Shown in pieces: positions 12,521-25,817 of a stretch of 64,000 nucleotides of DNA. The first letter of the stretch is position 1; each line of letters opens with the position of its first letter. Below the pieces are notes generated by a model. The model saw only the letters and a list, made by a program, of their open reading frames with translations. It made no database searches and was not told the origin of the DNA. Where the stretch lies: positions 5,394,001 to 5,458,000 of the forward strand of contig CATNEN010000029.1 in NCBI GenBank assembly GCA_950097015.1, read 5' to 3'. Position numbers and translations under genes: made by a program. The stretch is from Macrostomum hystrix (Eukaryota > Animalia > Platyhelminthes).

Positions 12521-13386
12521 AGGTATGTATGACCAGATGAATTTTTTTAAATCACGTAGCTAATGAATGATTGATTCGCGACTTACGTGACATAAGCAAG
12601 AATAGGTTAGATTTTCTTATTCTTTCTATTGTTGATTGATTAATTGATTGATTAATAAAATCCCCGCGGACAAAATCCTGTTAAAATATCAGTACAGTTA
12701 GCAAACTTCAACATGGTTTGGAGTTTTTCATAAAGATTGCTTTTTGTTGAACGAAGAAACATAACAGATGCATCGTGCAGTTAGTATTGATATTACAACA
12801 AATACGAGTATGCTTAAAGGACAGTAAAGACGATTAAAAACCCGCACTCTACTACTCAATGTCAGGCTGGAGCAGTAGGCACGCAGCAATTAGTATGCTG
12901 AAATTTTACAAGGTCTAAAAGTACACGTGAGCTAATACGAGGAGGGACAAAAATAAAATATTTTTATAATAATAGACGAATAGGTCCAACCTCAACAATG
13001 TTATTCCACATGACCGGGAGAAAAACTAAGAAACAGAATAGAAAAAAAACCATTGTTTAATCAGCGCTGACTAATAGCAAGTTAGTTAAAAGCGAAGCTT
13101 ACATTTCAATGACAAGAACACTTTGAAGCATACAATGCGTTAGTTACTGTAGCAAAATATTTACGTTTAATTAAACTTAAAATGGTGGGCGAAATGCAAC
13201 ACAATAACTAAACTACCGAAATTTGATGATTGGAAATGGGATAGACATGTAAATACGCAAGCGCGATTCACGATTCGTAAAACTAATAGAACGAAACCCC
13301 AATCAGCTGCAATCACACTAGCTGTGTCTCCAGGCCCCTCTGCCTCTCTTTGTGAATCCTGTTTAGAGCTTAGTGTTAAAATTCTA

Positions 13387-13580
13387 TGTAGCCTAGTGGT
13401 TAGAGCGTCGAACTCACGACTCGAAGGTCGAGGGTTCGATTCCCGACTCCACTGCTCTGGACACTTAACTCTGGGGAGTGTGACGTCACCCCCAGTCCAT
13501 GGACCGTACAGAAGTATGCAGGCTTGAGATGCGCCGTGCTGTCGGCTGCACATCTGGCCCAATATTGGCAAATAATAATC
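13387..13580 (+). mobile_element. tRNA-headed SINE copy 1 (internally deleted in the CORE-like region)
   Basis: A box tagcctagtggttagagc and B box ggttcgattccc; shares cccccagtccatggac...cagatgcgcc...gctgtgctgtcggctgcacatctg with the copies at 47356, 51681 and 53200. Confidence 0.85.
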
Positions 13581-13732
13581 AATGAAATTAAAATTATTAA
13601 TAGCTTGCTACGCATTGCAAAAGTACAGCAACACAACATAAACTGCACTGTGGACTCGACCGTGCATTCCATTCGCCAATAACTTGGGAAGTAAAAGAAA
13701 AGCGATGAATTTGTAAACGATTGAAACTGGTT

Positions 13733-16700
13733 TCAAGCGTAAAAGTCAGGATCGTCCGAGTCGTCATCGCTGCCGAATGCCGCCCTTGCCTTGGCCGTGC
13801 GCCTGCGCTTCCTGGCCGGACGGGCTGACCCGCCGACCGCCCCCGCCGGCTTTGACGCCTTCGGCGGCTTCCTGTCAACGGGCGAAGCGACGCCGCTGGC
13901 AGAGTTGCCAGCCGAGGCTCCGGCAGAGGCGTCCTCGTCGAACTCCAGGCTGTCGCCGACAATAATCGCCGGATCGGCGCTGTCGTCGAAGCCGGAGGCT
14001 GCGGCAGCCCGTTTGTTCTCCTTGCCGGCAGACCTGGCACCGGCCTGCCCGGATTCGACCTGCTCGCTCTCCAGTTTCAGCAGCATCTTGAGGCCCTTGG
14101 AGATGCGCGGATGCAGCTGCTCGGCCTTGCCAGCCTGGTAGCAGGCCGGGCAGCACCAGTAGTTGGGCATCTGGTCCGAGCGGAGATCGGCGGTGACGAA
14201 GGCCGAGTCGAATGGCGCAGTCTCCAGCCGGCGGACACAGTCCGGGTGCAGCAGGCGCCAACAGACGCCGCACTCGAACAGATCCTGGTCTGGGTCGTAG
14301 TTGTCCTCCTCCTTCTCGACTTCGTTGAATTTTCGCGCCTCCCGGCATAGGAAGCAGGCCGCCTTGGCAGGCAGACTGCAGGCGATGCACTGCTTCTGGA
14401 TGCAGCACTGCTTGAGGATGCCCTGCCCACCGTACTTCATCATGTCTAGGCAGAAGACGCACTCCCGACAGTCGAGACGGCGGCATGGCTCGCATAGGCG
14501 GCAGCGAACCCGACGATGAATGAACTTGTCAGTTGGCAGCTTGCTGCTCCGTATTCCACTACCGGCCTTCCGGCCGCGGCCGCCACCGGCGCCTCCTTTT
14601 AACTGCCTGAAGTGTCCGGCGGCCTCTTTAAGCATGCCGGCTGGCCAGCGAATCACAGGGGCGCCGGTGCAGGCGTCCTCTGGCGTGTCAGCCGCGTGCT
14701 CCTCAAGCAGCTCCTGGATGTCGTCAAGCAGGCGGTCCGGCTCTGGCAGGTCACAGGGCACTTCGCGACGATTTGGCGGCAGCGGCCGCAGCCATTGCAG
14801 AAGTAGGCGAAGGCCCTGCAGCTCCGCCTGAGTAAGCGCCTGAGCAGTGCGATGGAAATGCATTAGGTTCAATTTTGACACTGCTTCAATTGGAAACTGG
14901 CACTACTTCAATCGAAAACTGGCACTACTTCAATTGAAAACTGGCACTACTTCAATTGGAAACTGGCACTACTTCAATTGGAAACTGGCACTACTTCAAT
15001 TGAAAACTGGCACTACTTCAATTAAAAACTGGCACTACTTCAGTTGAACTCAAGCCCAGCAGAGGCCGTGCTGTCCAGTCTCACCTGTCCAGGCTGATGC
15101 GAAGTCTTCAAATCGGTGCCGTACTCAGCCATGCGCTCGGCATAGGCGGCCAAATCCTCGCCATCCTCTTTAGCCGGCACAACGTGCTCCCGGCGCATCA
15201 GACAGCCAGCGTAGCGGGCCAGCACGTACCAGTGCAGCTGCATGAACAGAGGAAAGCGGAACTGGCGCTTAACCCGGGTCTTCTCTTCCAGCTCCCAAAC
15301 GCGCAGCTGCAGCTTGATGTTGAACGAGTGCAGGTAGTTGCCGCCAAACACTAGCGAGTCCTCCGGTGTGTACACTGCGTGCATCCAGCCGGTGGGGACA
15401 AAGAATGTGTTGCCAGGCTCCAATTCAACGCGTTGGCACTTCTCCACCTGTTTCACGGATGAGATAGGATAGCAGGTAACACCAAGCATTCTAAATTACA
15501 ATGAGTTTAGAATTAAGCTGGCAGGAGCTTCAAGAAATTCAAAGCTGGTAAATAGCAAGCTTCTAGATATTCAAAGCTGGTAAACACTACCTTCTAGATA
15601 TTCAAAGCTGGTAAACGCCACCTTCTCAGATATTCAATGTAGGTAAACACACCTTCTAGATATTCAATGCAGGTAAACACACCTTCTAGATATTCAAAGC
15701 TGGTAAGTACAACATTCTAGATATTGAATGCAATTAAACACCACCTTCTAGATATTCAATGCAGGTAAACACCACCTTCTAGATATTCAAAGCTGGTAAA
15801 CACCACCTTCTAGATATTCAAAGCTGGTAAGCACAACATTCTAGATATTCAATGCAGGTAAACACCACCTTCTAGATATTCAATGCAGGTAAACACCACC
15901 TTCTAGATATTAAATGCAAGTAAACACCACCTTCTAGATATTCAAAGCTGGTAAACACCGCGCGAACTTCTGGCATGTCCATAGAAGGCAAGCTAGCTCT
16001 TCAAATACAGATTTATCTTAATGACGGGAAGTTAGGGTATCCAGAAGCCCAGCTGGACCCGACAACTCACCATGTCGCCAAAGAATGTGGCGTCCTGCCT
16101 ACCGGACAAAGTCCACTGTTCGAACAGTTGAATGTTTCGCTCAGTTGGCGGCACGAGCCAGAATACCTTGCGGCCACGCAGAATGTGATACCAGACACTT
16201 GTACCGCCCATGTCGATGTGCCAGTCAGTGTAACAGTCGGCTACACTCATTAGCACGTACTTGCGCACCTTTGGATAGAACATAGTATCCATGGAGTTCA
16301 AAGCGTCCATCTGTTTCTCGCGCAGGTATGGCGGCCAGGCGCGATCGATCCAGTCAATCTGGCGCACCACGGTCGGACTCTCCACATAATTATCTAGCTT
16401 GGTGTGCGAGAACTCTAGGCTGATGACATTCAGGATCCGGTCTCGGTTGGGATCGGTGTAGTAGTCAGTCCACTGGCGCATTGTCATGACCAGCGCCTGT
16501 TGGGTACGCACGTCCATGACGTCAACTGGGCGCCTGGCGCCAACCATGAGCTTGACATCGGCCACAGTGAAGGAGTCAGATGGTACTCGCAAGCCTAGAC
16601 CAGTTTTAGTGCGAAACAGAAGCGGATTGCGAAATCCGTCGCGCTGCAATTCGGCCAGGCCGAAGCCTTCGCCGCTGTCGCGAATGTCAACAAATGAGGC

Positions 16701-16814
16701 CGAGTAGCGGTCCGAGTTCAGCTTCTCCTCCAGGTCCCACTCGCGCTGGCCGTCAATCAGAGGATCATAGTCGTCCTCTTCGGGTGTTTTGCGCTTTAGA
16801 CCAGGACGCACCAT
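13733..16814 (-). CDS. KDM2: Lysine demethylase KDM2 (JmjC + CXXC + PHD; no F-box/LRR), ~737 aa
   Basis: Exons 16814-16071 (ATG|gtgagt), 15447-15085 (CAG|gtgaga) and 14839-13733, all phase 0. WDLEEKLNSDRYSASFV N-terminus; JmjC YTDWHIDMGGTSVWYH, RKVFWL, GWMHAVYT; CXXC RCRLCEPCRRLDCRECVFCLDMMKYGGQGILKQCCIQKQC; PHD CFLC...CGVCWRLLHPDC...WCCPAC. Confidence 0.95.
14880..15045. repeat. 22-bp minisatellite (ctggcactacttcaattgaaaa) in KDM2 intron 2
   Basis: About 8 tandem units. Confidence 0.9.
15555..15960. repeat. ~31-bp minisatellite (ccaccttctagatattcaaagctggtaaaca) in KDM2 intron 1
   Basis: About 13 variant tandem units. Confidence 0.9.
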
Positions 16815-19800
16815 GCTGGCAGGTGTTTAAAACTGGAAGGATAGTTTTTCGGAATAATAAATGATATTTCATTTAGCTATTAAATGATCATTTGTTTCGA
16901 AAAAATGTGATTTCTCTCTTAATTCAGCAAACTGATACTGCTTTTCTTTCATCTTAAATAATAGGCTAGATTTGCTCTAATCTATTTATAGATTGCTTAA
17001 CTAGCCTAGAATAAAGTATAATACATTCAGTCTTGCGAAATCCAGCTGTCCTAGAACTAAATCAAGCTAGCAAACGCAATCTCGAGACTCGAACTATTGA
17101 GTAATTGAGTATTGAGTAATCTTACCAATTCCCGAATTGCTTAGCTAATCTAGATGCATCTATAGATGCAACATACAATATAGATACTTTTTTCGAAATC
17201 TAGCTAGCTAAATCTAATAAAATTGATTACCAAAATATTTTATCTTGCTCACTGCAAATAAAGCTAAAACCTTAACATTTATTAGCATTAAAAAAATCTG
17301 TAATACTGGCCAAGGAATTGGTAAGCTCTAGCTATGAATTTAAACAGAGACAAATAGTTAGCTGCTTCTAAAACAAAAGTCGAACATAATAGCGAATTTA
17401 TAACTGTAGCTTGCTTCGAACTAAATTGTATAGGCCTGGCCCAGTCGATGACTATGGTTTCGAATTTATGATAACTTTTATTGGAACTGTTGAATTTGCT
17501 AATCAATTCATAACATGAGCGATTATATGATAAATGAATGTTGAACATATAATTGTTTACCATAGCTTATCTCGAATCTATTGTTTGCACATTTTAAATG
17601 AAATAAGTAGCTATAGCTATTCTATTAATAGCTACAACACACTATGAGCATTAAAGAAAACATTTTTGCAGATACTGAGATACCTCAATAAGTCTTTGAT
17701 GCATAAAAACGTAGCCTAATAGCTAGTTAGATAAGTTAAGAACAATTGTTCTCAATAGTCTTCATTTCGTCAGAACAACCAATTGATGACTTCTGACTCG
17801 AAATTGAAAAAAATCATAGCAAAAAAGTGAAACTACATTACAATAGCATGTAAGTTCTAGAGTTCAACAGTTTATAGAATGTTGAGAAGTTTTACAATGT
17901 ATAAAACATTTTTGTGAAATATGTTTTGCAGGTTTTTTGTGTTATTAAAGTGTGAAACTTTTGTAGACAATTGTGACTTATAACAATGAATAATAATTAG
18001 TGCGTCACTGCAACACACTACGTGTAACTCTACTAAAAGTAGGCATACTAACACTATTATTGTAAATATGAAAGGCATGCAACTCTTAAGGACGAAATGG
18101 AATTAGTCTTTAGTGGCACATTATTTTTGCTAAGACAACCCAATTATATTGTTATTGAATACATTTTCTCTACTATATTTTTCTACTAAGGAATGCATGG
18201 GAAGGTGCTTAAAAATTGTTCATGACGTTTATAATTGTAAAGTTTTCAAAGCTGATGATTAATTCCCAAAAGGTTAGGATTTAACTGAAATATACATGTA
18301 CCCTTTAGATAAAGTCATAAACATCATAACACTTTCTTGCATAAAAGATTAATGTACAAAAACTCAGCCGCGACAGGCTTAAGAACTAAAAGTGAATGAA
18401 AGCACATCATTTTTTATTTACTATTAAAAGGGAAGTTCAAACTGTACATGGTGGAATGATTTTTCATTTCTGAAGCGTAGCATTAAAACAAACTTTATAA
18501 ACTAGAATGGACCAAACCGACACAATGTTCTTAATAACTAATACGGCAATATCTAGCAGAAACATATTATATAGTTGAAAATGCTGCTTCAAATAGTCGA
18601 ATTTATGGTATCACTTGATGGCATTGATTTGATAATTGAAAACCGATATGCAATTTTTGAAGCTGGTCCAATTTACTATAAGCTAACCAAAAGAGTAAAA
18701 GCGTATTTTAGGTAGTAAAGACGAATTTTTTAAGCCATGCTAAAAGCATAATAAAAACAATTATATTAAGAATATCTTGCTGCATATAGCTCTCGTAAAG
18801 CATGTTTTAAATAGACATATATGTAGATGTGCTTGTCAGCAGTCAAACACACATGTGTTTGACTGCATGATGTGCAATTGCACACAGTACTTTGAACAGC
18901 AAATGAACTAAAGTACTCAGTTTAAAAAAACACTAAAACTTAATTAACAAATATATTTTTAGACTAAAAATCCAAGGCAAGATCATAGCTTATACAATTA
19001 GTTGGCTGCATGGTCAGTGAAAAAACGAGGTTTAACCCATAAGATGTAAAAAGTTCGCATGTGAAAGCCCATGACAAGAAGATCTTTTTCTAGCACTGGC
19101 CCGATCCTTGCAGGTAAAAGCTTCTACAGCATTTACACGTAACAGTGTTTCATGCATGCAACAAAGCATGATACGTGTACACATTATATTTAGTATTTTA
19201 CAGTATTTGATTTGTATGTTAGCGATATGATAAATTCATAATGATCGATGTCGTTCCCATTTCGTGTACTTTCCTTCCCATCATAAGGTAAGTTAAATTT
19301 TTTTATAAAAATGTAAGCAAAATATAAAGTGAAGGATTATGTATATAAGTATCCAAAAATGGGTAATATGTCGCCTGCGTATCTCTGTCATTAAAAGTGC
19401 ATTTTTGTTTAGAACAATTTTTTAATTAGACCTAGCAGCGCCTATTTCAAATTCTGACTTCTGACTTATTATAATAGTTTGACTGATAGACAACAAAATT
19501 GCATGCGCGAAAAAATCTTTGCTCGTTCACTATGATAATAATCAGGCATGAAATATTGGAATCAGAATATGGTAATTCTAACTAAAAACGAAAGTTAAAC
19601 TTTTAATCAATAATTCATTATTGATTATTTCACTCGATAAGTACAAGTACTAACAAAGTACTAACATCAGCTTAATCTGATGTTATAGTACTTGCGAAAA
19701 ACACAACCTCCGTTTCATACAAACACATTCATTAAACTTTTTCCAATTAGTATAAGAAAGAGTATAAAATAATGTATAAAAATTCTTCACAACTAAATTA

Positions 19801-19989
19801 TGTATCCCGGGGATGCCTCGATGCGAGGCCTGGAAATCCCACGGTGCTGATCCCAAGATGGAAGGGGATCAGGCCCTATACTCCCCCATGGAAGCTGGTT
19901 TTCTGGTCCGATTGGCCAAGGTCCCATTGTCTACTCTAATTCTAGCCAGGGAGTTTTATGCTTATAGAGACTTCTTAGAGTAGTTCTGC

Positions 19990-20150
19990 CACCACCACTT
20001 GCGGTTCTATAGAATCCATAACTAAAATCTAACGAGGCCGGGGGCCCCGCGGTTGCGCTGGGCATCTACTGTGCTGGGCATCTACTGGGTGTCCCAGCTG
20101 GTCAGTGCGGAAGCAGGTCTTGCGCATTGGCCGGGGCTTCTTTTATACTT
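19990..20150 (-). pseudogene. Possible degenerate gag-like CCHC zinc-knuckle remnant
   Basis: Minus strand reads KPRPMRKTCFRTDQLGHPVDAQHSRCP; a local 14-bp duplication (agtagatgcccagc on the minus strand) interrupts a CX2(C)X4HX4C-like pattern; GC-rich island in AT-rich DNA. Confidence 0.3.
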
Positions 20151-23100
20151 TACAATATCCTATAACCTTTAACTGGGAATGAGGCATTTGCTGAAGTTTA
20201 AATATCGATGTTCAATCCAATTCTTACTAGGTCTGCGCCGCGCTTAGTTGGAGAAAGTCTATAGCCTCGTATTAATGCGGCGCTGTGTGCATACAGTGTA
20301 TTACTATTAGTATTATCATACCGATTTTCATTAGAGTTAAATTATACATTATATTAATTCTATCAACAACCTTCCTCTTAGATTGCAGTGCACGTGACAT
20401 ACGGTTTCTTCTCAGTAACCTGCATGCTTAAATGAGCGGGGAAAACTAAAAAGAAAAGTAAATAGATTTAGCGATTCAATTACCTACGAGCAATGGCTCC
20501 ACACAATTGGCAATTATTTATTGGAATAGAAAAATAATAAGGGAAATTATGCTGTCCAATGCGGTCAAAAGCAAAATAACAAATACCTACTAATTGAGTC
20601 GGGCTCCACCAGATGCAGCTGGACTCGGCTGTACTGCAGGGTCAGGTGGCTGGGCGCAAGGTCGACCGTCGTTGTTCAAGGGCGAAGTCTTGCCCTGACG
20701 ACTCGGGGGATGGGGGAATTACTATATCAGGGATTTGGGGACTCGACATAAGGGAATAACTTTGGGGAAGGGGAGATAAGATTTATTTTAAGCTTGGAGG
20801 GTGGTACTATGGGGAAAGGTACTATGGGATTCGCGTGAAATATTTAAATTAAGGACATTTGTAGGTTAAGCTCGCGCGTCACGCTTGCAGAGTGAACCTG
20901 AACAATGGAAAGCGGATGTGAGGTGGGCGTTTTGAGGGGTCTTAGCGATCATCAAGGCGATGACTCATCAAGTCATGCGTTTTGACCACCCAGTATGTCC
21001 TCAAGGGCGGTGGGAGAAGTACTTTTACAAGTCTACGGGATGGAATGTTTGAATTCAACGATCGTTGATTTGTTGCAAAGATAAAATTCGGCGCTTTAAA
21101 ATGACACCAATAACTTGACTCATTTGCTGCTTGACCTGCAAAGCTTCAGATTAGAGAAATTTCGGCGTTTATAACGGGGAAATTTGCCGGAAATTTTCGT
21201 TTTTCATGAAACGCCTTTCAGTTCCACTATATATAATTTAGCTTTTGCGGCAGCTTGAATTGTAAGCATTTCACTATCACTGCTAGCTAGCTGAGCAATG
21301 CAGAGGCGTGGGAAGAAGCGGTCAGCGAGTTAATTAATATAAATTGATCTTTTGTTCTACAGCAGCAATTATTAAGCACGATCGAGAGCGCGGATTCAGG
21401 TCCACTCGGCCTCGGCCCGAATCGAGCTTGCAGGACAAGCAAGAACATGAAAAACTTGAGTAGTCCTGCAAGATTACTCTAGTTGTCCACAAAGAAGAAA
21501 TAAAGGATTAGATGAAATTGGCTGACTATGACTCAAGCCCAGAGTACACTATATACTACAAAGTACTCTAAAGTAATTTATTTTATAAAAAGACAAATGA
21601 TCGATACAACGTGGAAAAGCACATTCCATATTCTTACAAATGCCGATACAGTAGTGCAGTTGCTGGCACTCAGGATACTCGATCATATAATTAGTAAGCC
21701 GATAGATTCGCCTTCGCTAGTTTCGCAGTGCACTTGCGTGTCAAAGATTGGAACTTTGTAAGAAGTTTCAGCGTAATATGCGAAACTGTGTTTAAATAAT
21801 TAAGAGCGGGACACCGAAGTTATGCCGTACCCTTGAGCAGACCTGCGGCAGTGGATACAGAAGATTCGCGAGCTCTTTTGCTGAGCAACGCTGATTTCTT
21901 ACTAGTAATTATTAAATGCCCCTTAGCTGTGTTTTGTTTGGCCCAAAAACCTTAAAGCATGTGTTGCCAACATTGACTTCGTCGTTTTTACCGATAAATG
22001 TTATTTTCAAAATTCTTTTCTTTTGTTCAAAGCAGAATTAGGGAAGTGTTATTGAAACGTAAGCTGCAAGCTACGCGGCCTTGTGATATCCTTATTGACG
22101 CAGAAAAAAACGATTTTGTATACCGTATTTAGATGATTTAGTAAATTTGATCCACGAACACATTTTCAAATGTCCTTCTAAATTAGACTCAACTTTTTAC
22201 TTTGTCTATCTAGCTACCTATATTATATTATAGGCCCTATGTAATAGTACCGACATGTGTCACAGTTTTGCAAGTTACATTATTTTTTTATGTAAGCCTT
22301 TAATATTGTTTACAATGAAAATTTACTATTTTGTTTTGCTTTGTTTTTTGTGAGAGATAGCTAGCTACCTATATATGTTAATGGCTTATGACGGCATGTC
22401 AATTAGCATATGAATAGCCGAAGCTTATGCTAATTCAATTTATAATGTTTATGTAGATACATGTAATCATATAAACATAATTAGCACCCAGATAGGATGT
22501 TGCAGACTACATACTACACATAACTTGCTAATTGACTAGTTAATTATATATGTTGTTTAATGTTTAATTGACCCTATTAAGCATACCAATTTAATAACCT
22601 TATGCCTATAGATTGCTAGGCCTGCCTTCTGGCAATCCTATAACTATTTTGCTGATTTGCTACTTAAATTAGTTTTCTGCTTAAATCCAATTCTTCTATA
22701 TTATTATTGATGTCTAACATTACAAAATCAGAAATACAACAATTTCCCATGTATATACATATGCAACACCCAACTGACCTGGCCAAATCTGCTGGCTAAA
22801 CCTGGCCAGCCAATAAGTAACAAGGCCAAGTAAAGTAAGTTGCAAAAAACAACTGATTGAAGGCAAAAAACAAGTCCAAGAGACAAAGTGAGAAAAAATA
22901 AAGCACAAAAAGAGAGATAAAAACAGAAAGAGAAGAATTATAGAAAAGACAAGGATATAGAAATAGGATCACAAAACATGTTCTTAGTCATAAATAGAAC
23001 AAAGAAACAAACTAAATTGTAGATAAAAGATAATAAAGTTGTAGATAAGGAAAATTGACTTACAGTTAAGAGCAAAATAAATTTCAGGGGAGAGAAAACT

Positions 23101-24871
23101 AAGTCACAGTTGAGAGAAAACAAATTTACAGATAAAGGAAAACTAAGCCATAGTAAGCCACTAAGCCTCTGTTTTTCTTCTCTTTTAGGGGAAAGCTAAG
23201 TCATGGATAAGAGACCCACAAAGTTTGCTAACTTCCCAAATATGGTAAACTTCTATAGTCTATTTTAGCTGACTTATCTCTAAGGTGACAGAAGGTGTCA
23301 ATTTCCCCAAAGCTAGAATATTTTGTCTATATGCTATGATTTCATCTCCATGTTCAATAAGATATCTAAGAAATGAATAATATGTAGCTTTTTTGTGGAT
23401 GTAACTTTATAGTTTACATACTTTGCATAGATTGTATAAATTGAAATAATCTAACTGCACCTTTCCTATACCTCAAATGGCTGTAGGATTATCTTGCAAC
23501 AGAAATACAATTGCCTTTTTACAAGATTAAAAATTATTGTAAAAATAATGGACAATTATTCTATTGTCCATCAATGCATCAGATTCTGCATTTGATTAAC
23601 TCAGCTCAAATCCACTCAAATCAGCTCAAGTTGCTGCTAAACTAATAGCAAGTAGGTCATAATTTTGATTTTAAATTGTAACTTCTTTTAATGGTTACCA
23701 TTTATTTTTTATAAAAAGCCTTATCACTAAGTATCATGAATCATTGTATTTATGAAAAAAATTGTCTTTATCCTATCAAAAAATCTACAGCAATGTATGT
23801 CACATTTTTGTGTTAAAAAACAAAGTTGCATAGCTGGCTATGATTCTGGAGGGTGTATATGTGGTAGCATTAGCATGTACAAGCATACTACCAGCAATTT
23901 TTTTAGTTTTATTGCCATATAATCACTACCTGATAATAATTGTAGCTACTGTTTGAATCAAACAGTGGACAATGGTATTACTTTAAATTTTAAATGAGGG
24001 TTCTTGTTATAAAGAAAAAAAACAAATAGTGACAAAAATGTTAGCAATACCATTGTAATTTGTAGTATGCCTTAAATAGCTATAATTGCACCTCCCTTAA
24101 GCTATTGTTCCTAACTTGAGCCAAGTCCCCTAGGCTATTGTAGCCTTTTTAAGCCATAAACATTTCTTGATGCCATATGAGCATACAATTTTAGGCAATA
24201 TTCTAGATTTCCTTGCATTATTATATCTTTTGAGTTAGACTACTCTTTATATACATTAGGTAAAAATATACACTGGGTAAAATCAATGTACCTGGTTAAA
24301 ATCAAGACTAAATTGCACCAAAATTTAGACTACTGATGCTATGGTGTATTCTTTTTTATTCTTAATTTCCTTATGTTAAGATTAAAATATTTTAATACTC
24401 GTATGTCATATGAATTTAAAACTACTTAAAATATGACAGGCTTTTTTATTATTAAATTATATGATACTTTCTTTGGCCACTGCTTATGAAACTGATTAAC
24501 CATGCCCAACGCTATAAATTAAGTATAATATTTGCAAGCTTAATTTCAAAATTATGTAATAAACATGTTAAGATAGGCCTATCAACGGTTATAAGAAACC
24601 AGTGCTGGTAACTATGCATATTGCTTCCTTCTCTTTGCAGGACTGCAATTTCCATGTTCAGACAATGCTATTAATTGTGCAAATAAAAAATGTCCCAAGC
24701 CTGTCCCTAAATGTAGGGAATAGAAGTAGGCAAAGTTTGTTTTCAAAGTTCTATTCTTTTGCTGGCACTTGCTTATATCGATAATTTATGCAGCATTAAT
24801 TTATTTCACAAATGCCGTTTTCTAATTTGCAGCTTCCTGCTTAAAAATCGAGAAAAACCTGGTTGTCGGAA

Positions 24872-25817
24872 ATGGAGGTAGACGAGCTAGGCGGAAGTGG
24901 CAGTGGTGGCGGCGACTCAGAAAATCAGCTAGTGAACATGTTCAGCAGCATGGCCACAGAGGACAAGGACAAACTAGTAACTGCACTGCAGGGTGTCATT
25001 GGGTCTGGCGTTAGTCCGGCTAATTGCCGATTTTTCCTAGAGCTCGCTAACTGGAACCTCAGTGCCGCTATCGGAGCCTATTATGACTTTGATTTTTCTC
25101 AACAGCAACAGCAGCAGCATCTGCAGTTAGACCACGATTCTACTGACGCAGTTGGGCCTCGCATGGTCATCCTCTCATGCCAGGCCGCTATTTGCCAGGA
25201 CGATACTCTGGCCATTTCCTGCACTGTATACAACGAATCCACCAACGACTCTCCGCCCGGCTGCCGGCTTGTGTGCAGCCCAGAGGCAGCTGACGCTAGC
25301 GCCAGCGGCGGAGCTCCACTGTGCGAACCCTGCCTACTACCGAGCATGCGGCCTGGTGGCAATTGCAGTTGCCAACTAGTTCTGCCGCCACTGACGCCTG
25401 ACGCTCTGTACGATGCTTCCAGTCCAAGCAGGCGAGTTCGCTTGCGGCTGCACGCACCCGACGGTTCGCCGCTATCGATGTCATCCTCCACTCGTTGTCT
25501 GGACCTAGTTGAACTGGCAACCAGAGGCCGCATCACCGAAGCGCAAGGTGAAGCCGAAGCTGACGCCGCTGCGGCTGTTGCAGCCGCGAACTGGGCTAGC
25601 GCTGAATCGCCACTAGCAGCGGTGAGAAAAGTTTGGTTTTGGACTCTCTTGAGGAACTTTATTTACAATAGACGTGTGATCCGTACCTTGCTTCTTCTTT
25701 AACAGCTGGCACACAGTACCAGATTCCTGCTCCAATTTGCTACAGATAACCATTCTGTTCGCTTTTCAGAATCCGCCACCCTCTCCGTCTCACACCGACG
25801 AGCAAATGATGGAGTAG
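24872..25817 (+). CDS. ILRUN: ILRUN/C6orf106-like protein (UBA-like domain + degenerate NBR1-FW domain), ~265 aa
   Basis: Exons 24872-25621 (GCG|gtgaga) and 25770-25817 (ttttcag|AAT...GAG TAG). QLVNMFSSMATEDKDKLV...CRFFLELANWNLSAAIGAYYDF matches the recalled ILRUN N-terminus (FSCLGTTDKDVLI...CAFFLDMTNWNLQAAIGAYYDF). Confidence 0.85.

Noticed and set aside
13387-13455. Possible tRNA-Val(CAC) genes here and at 47360, 51686 and 53450
   Set aside because: Anticodon and acceptor stems pair poorly, and each is fused to the same downstream body with TSDs and a tail, so these are SINE heads.
22720-23123. Hydrophobic minus-strand ORFs resembling TM peptides
   Set aside because: Products of an A/G-rich low-complexity tract; no splice context or homology.
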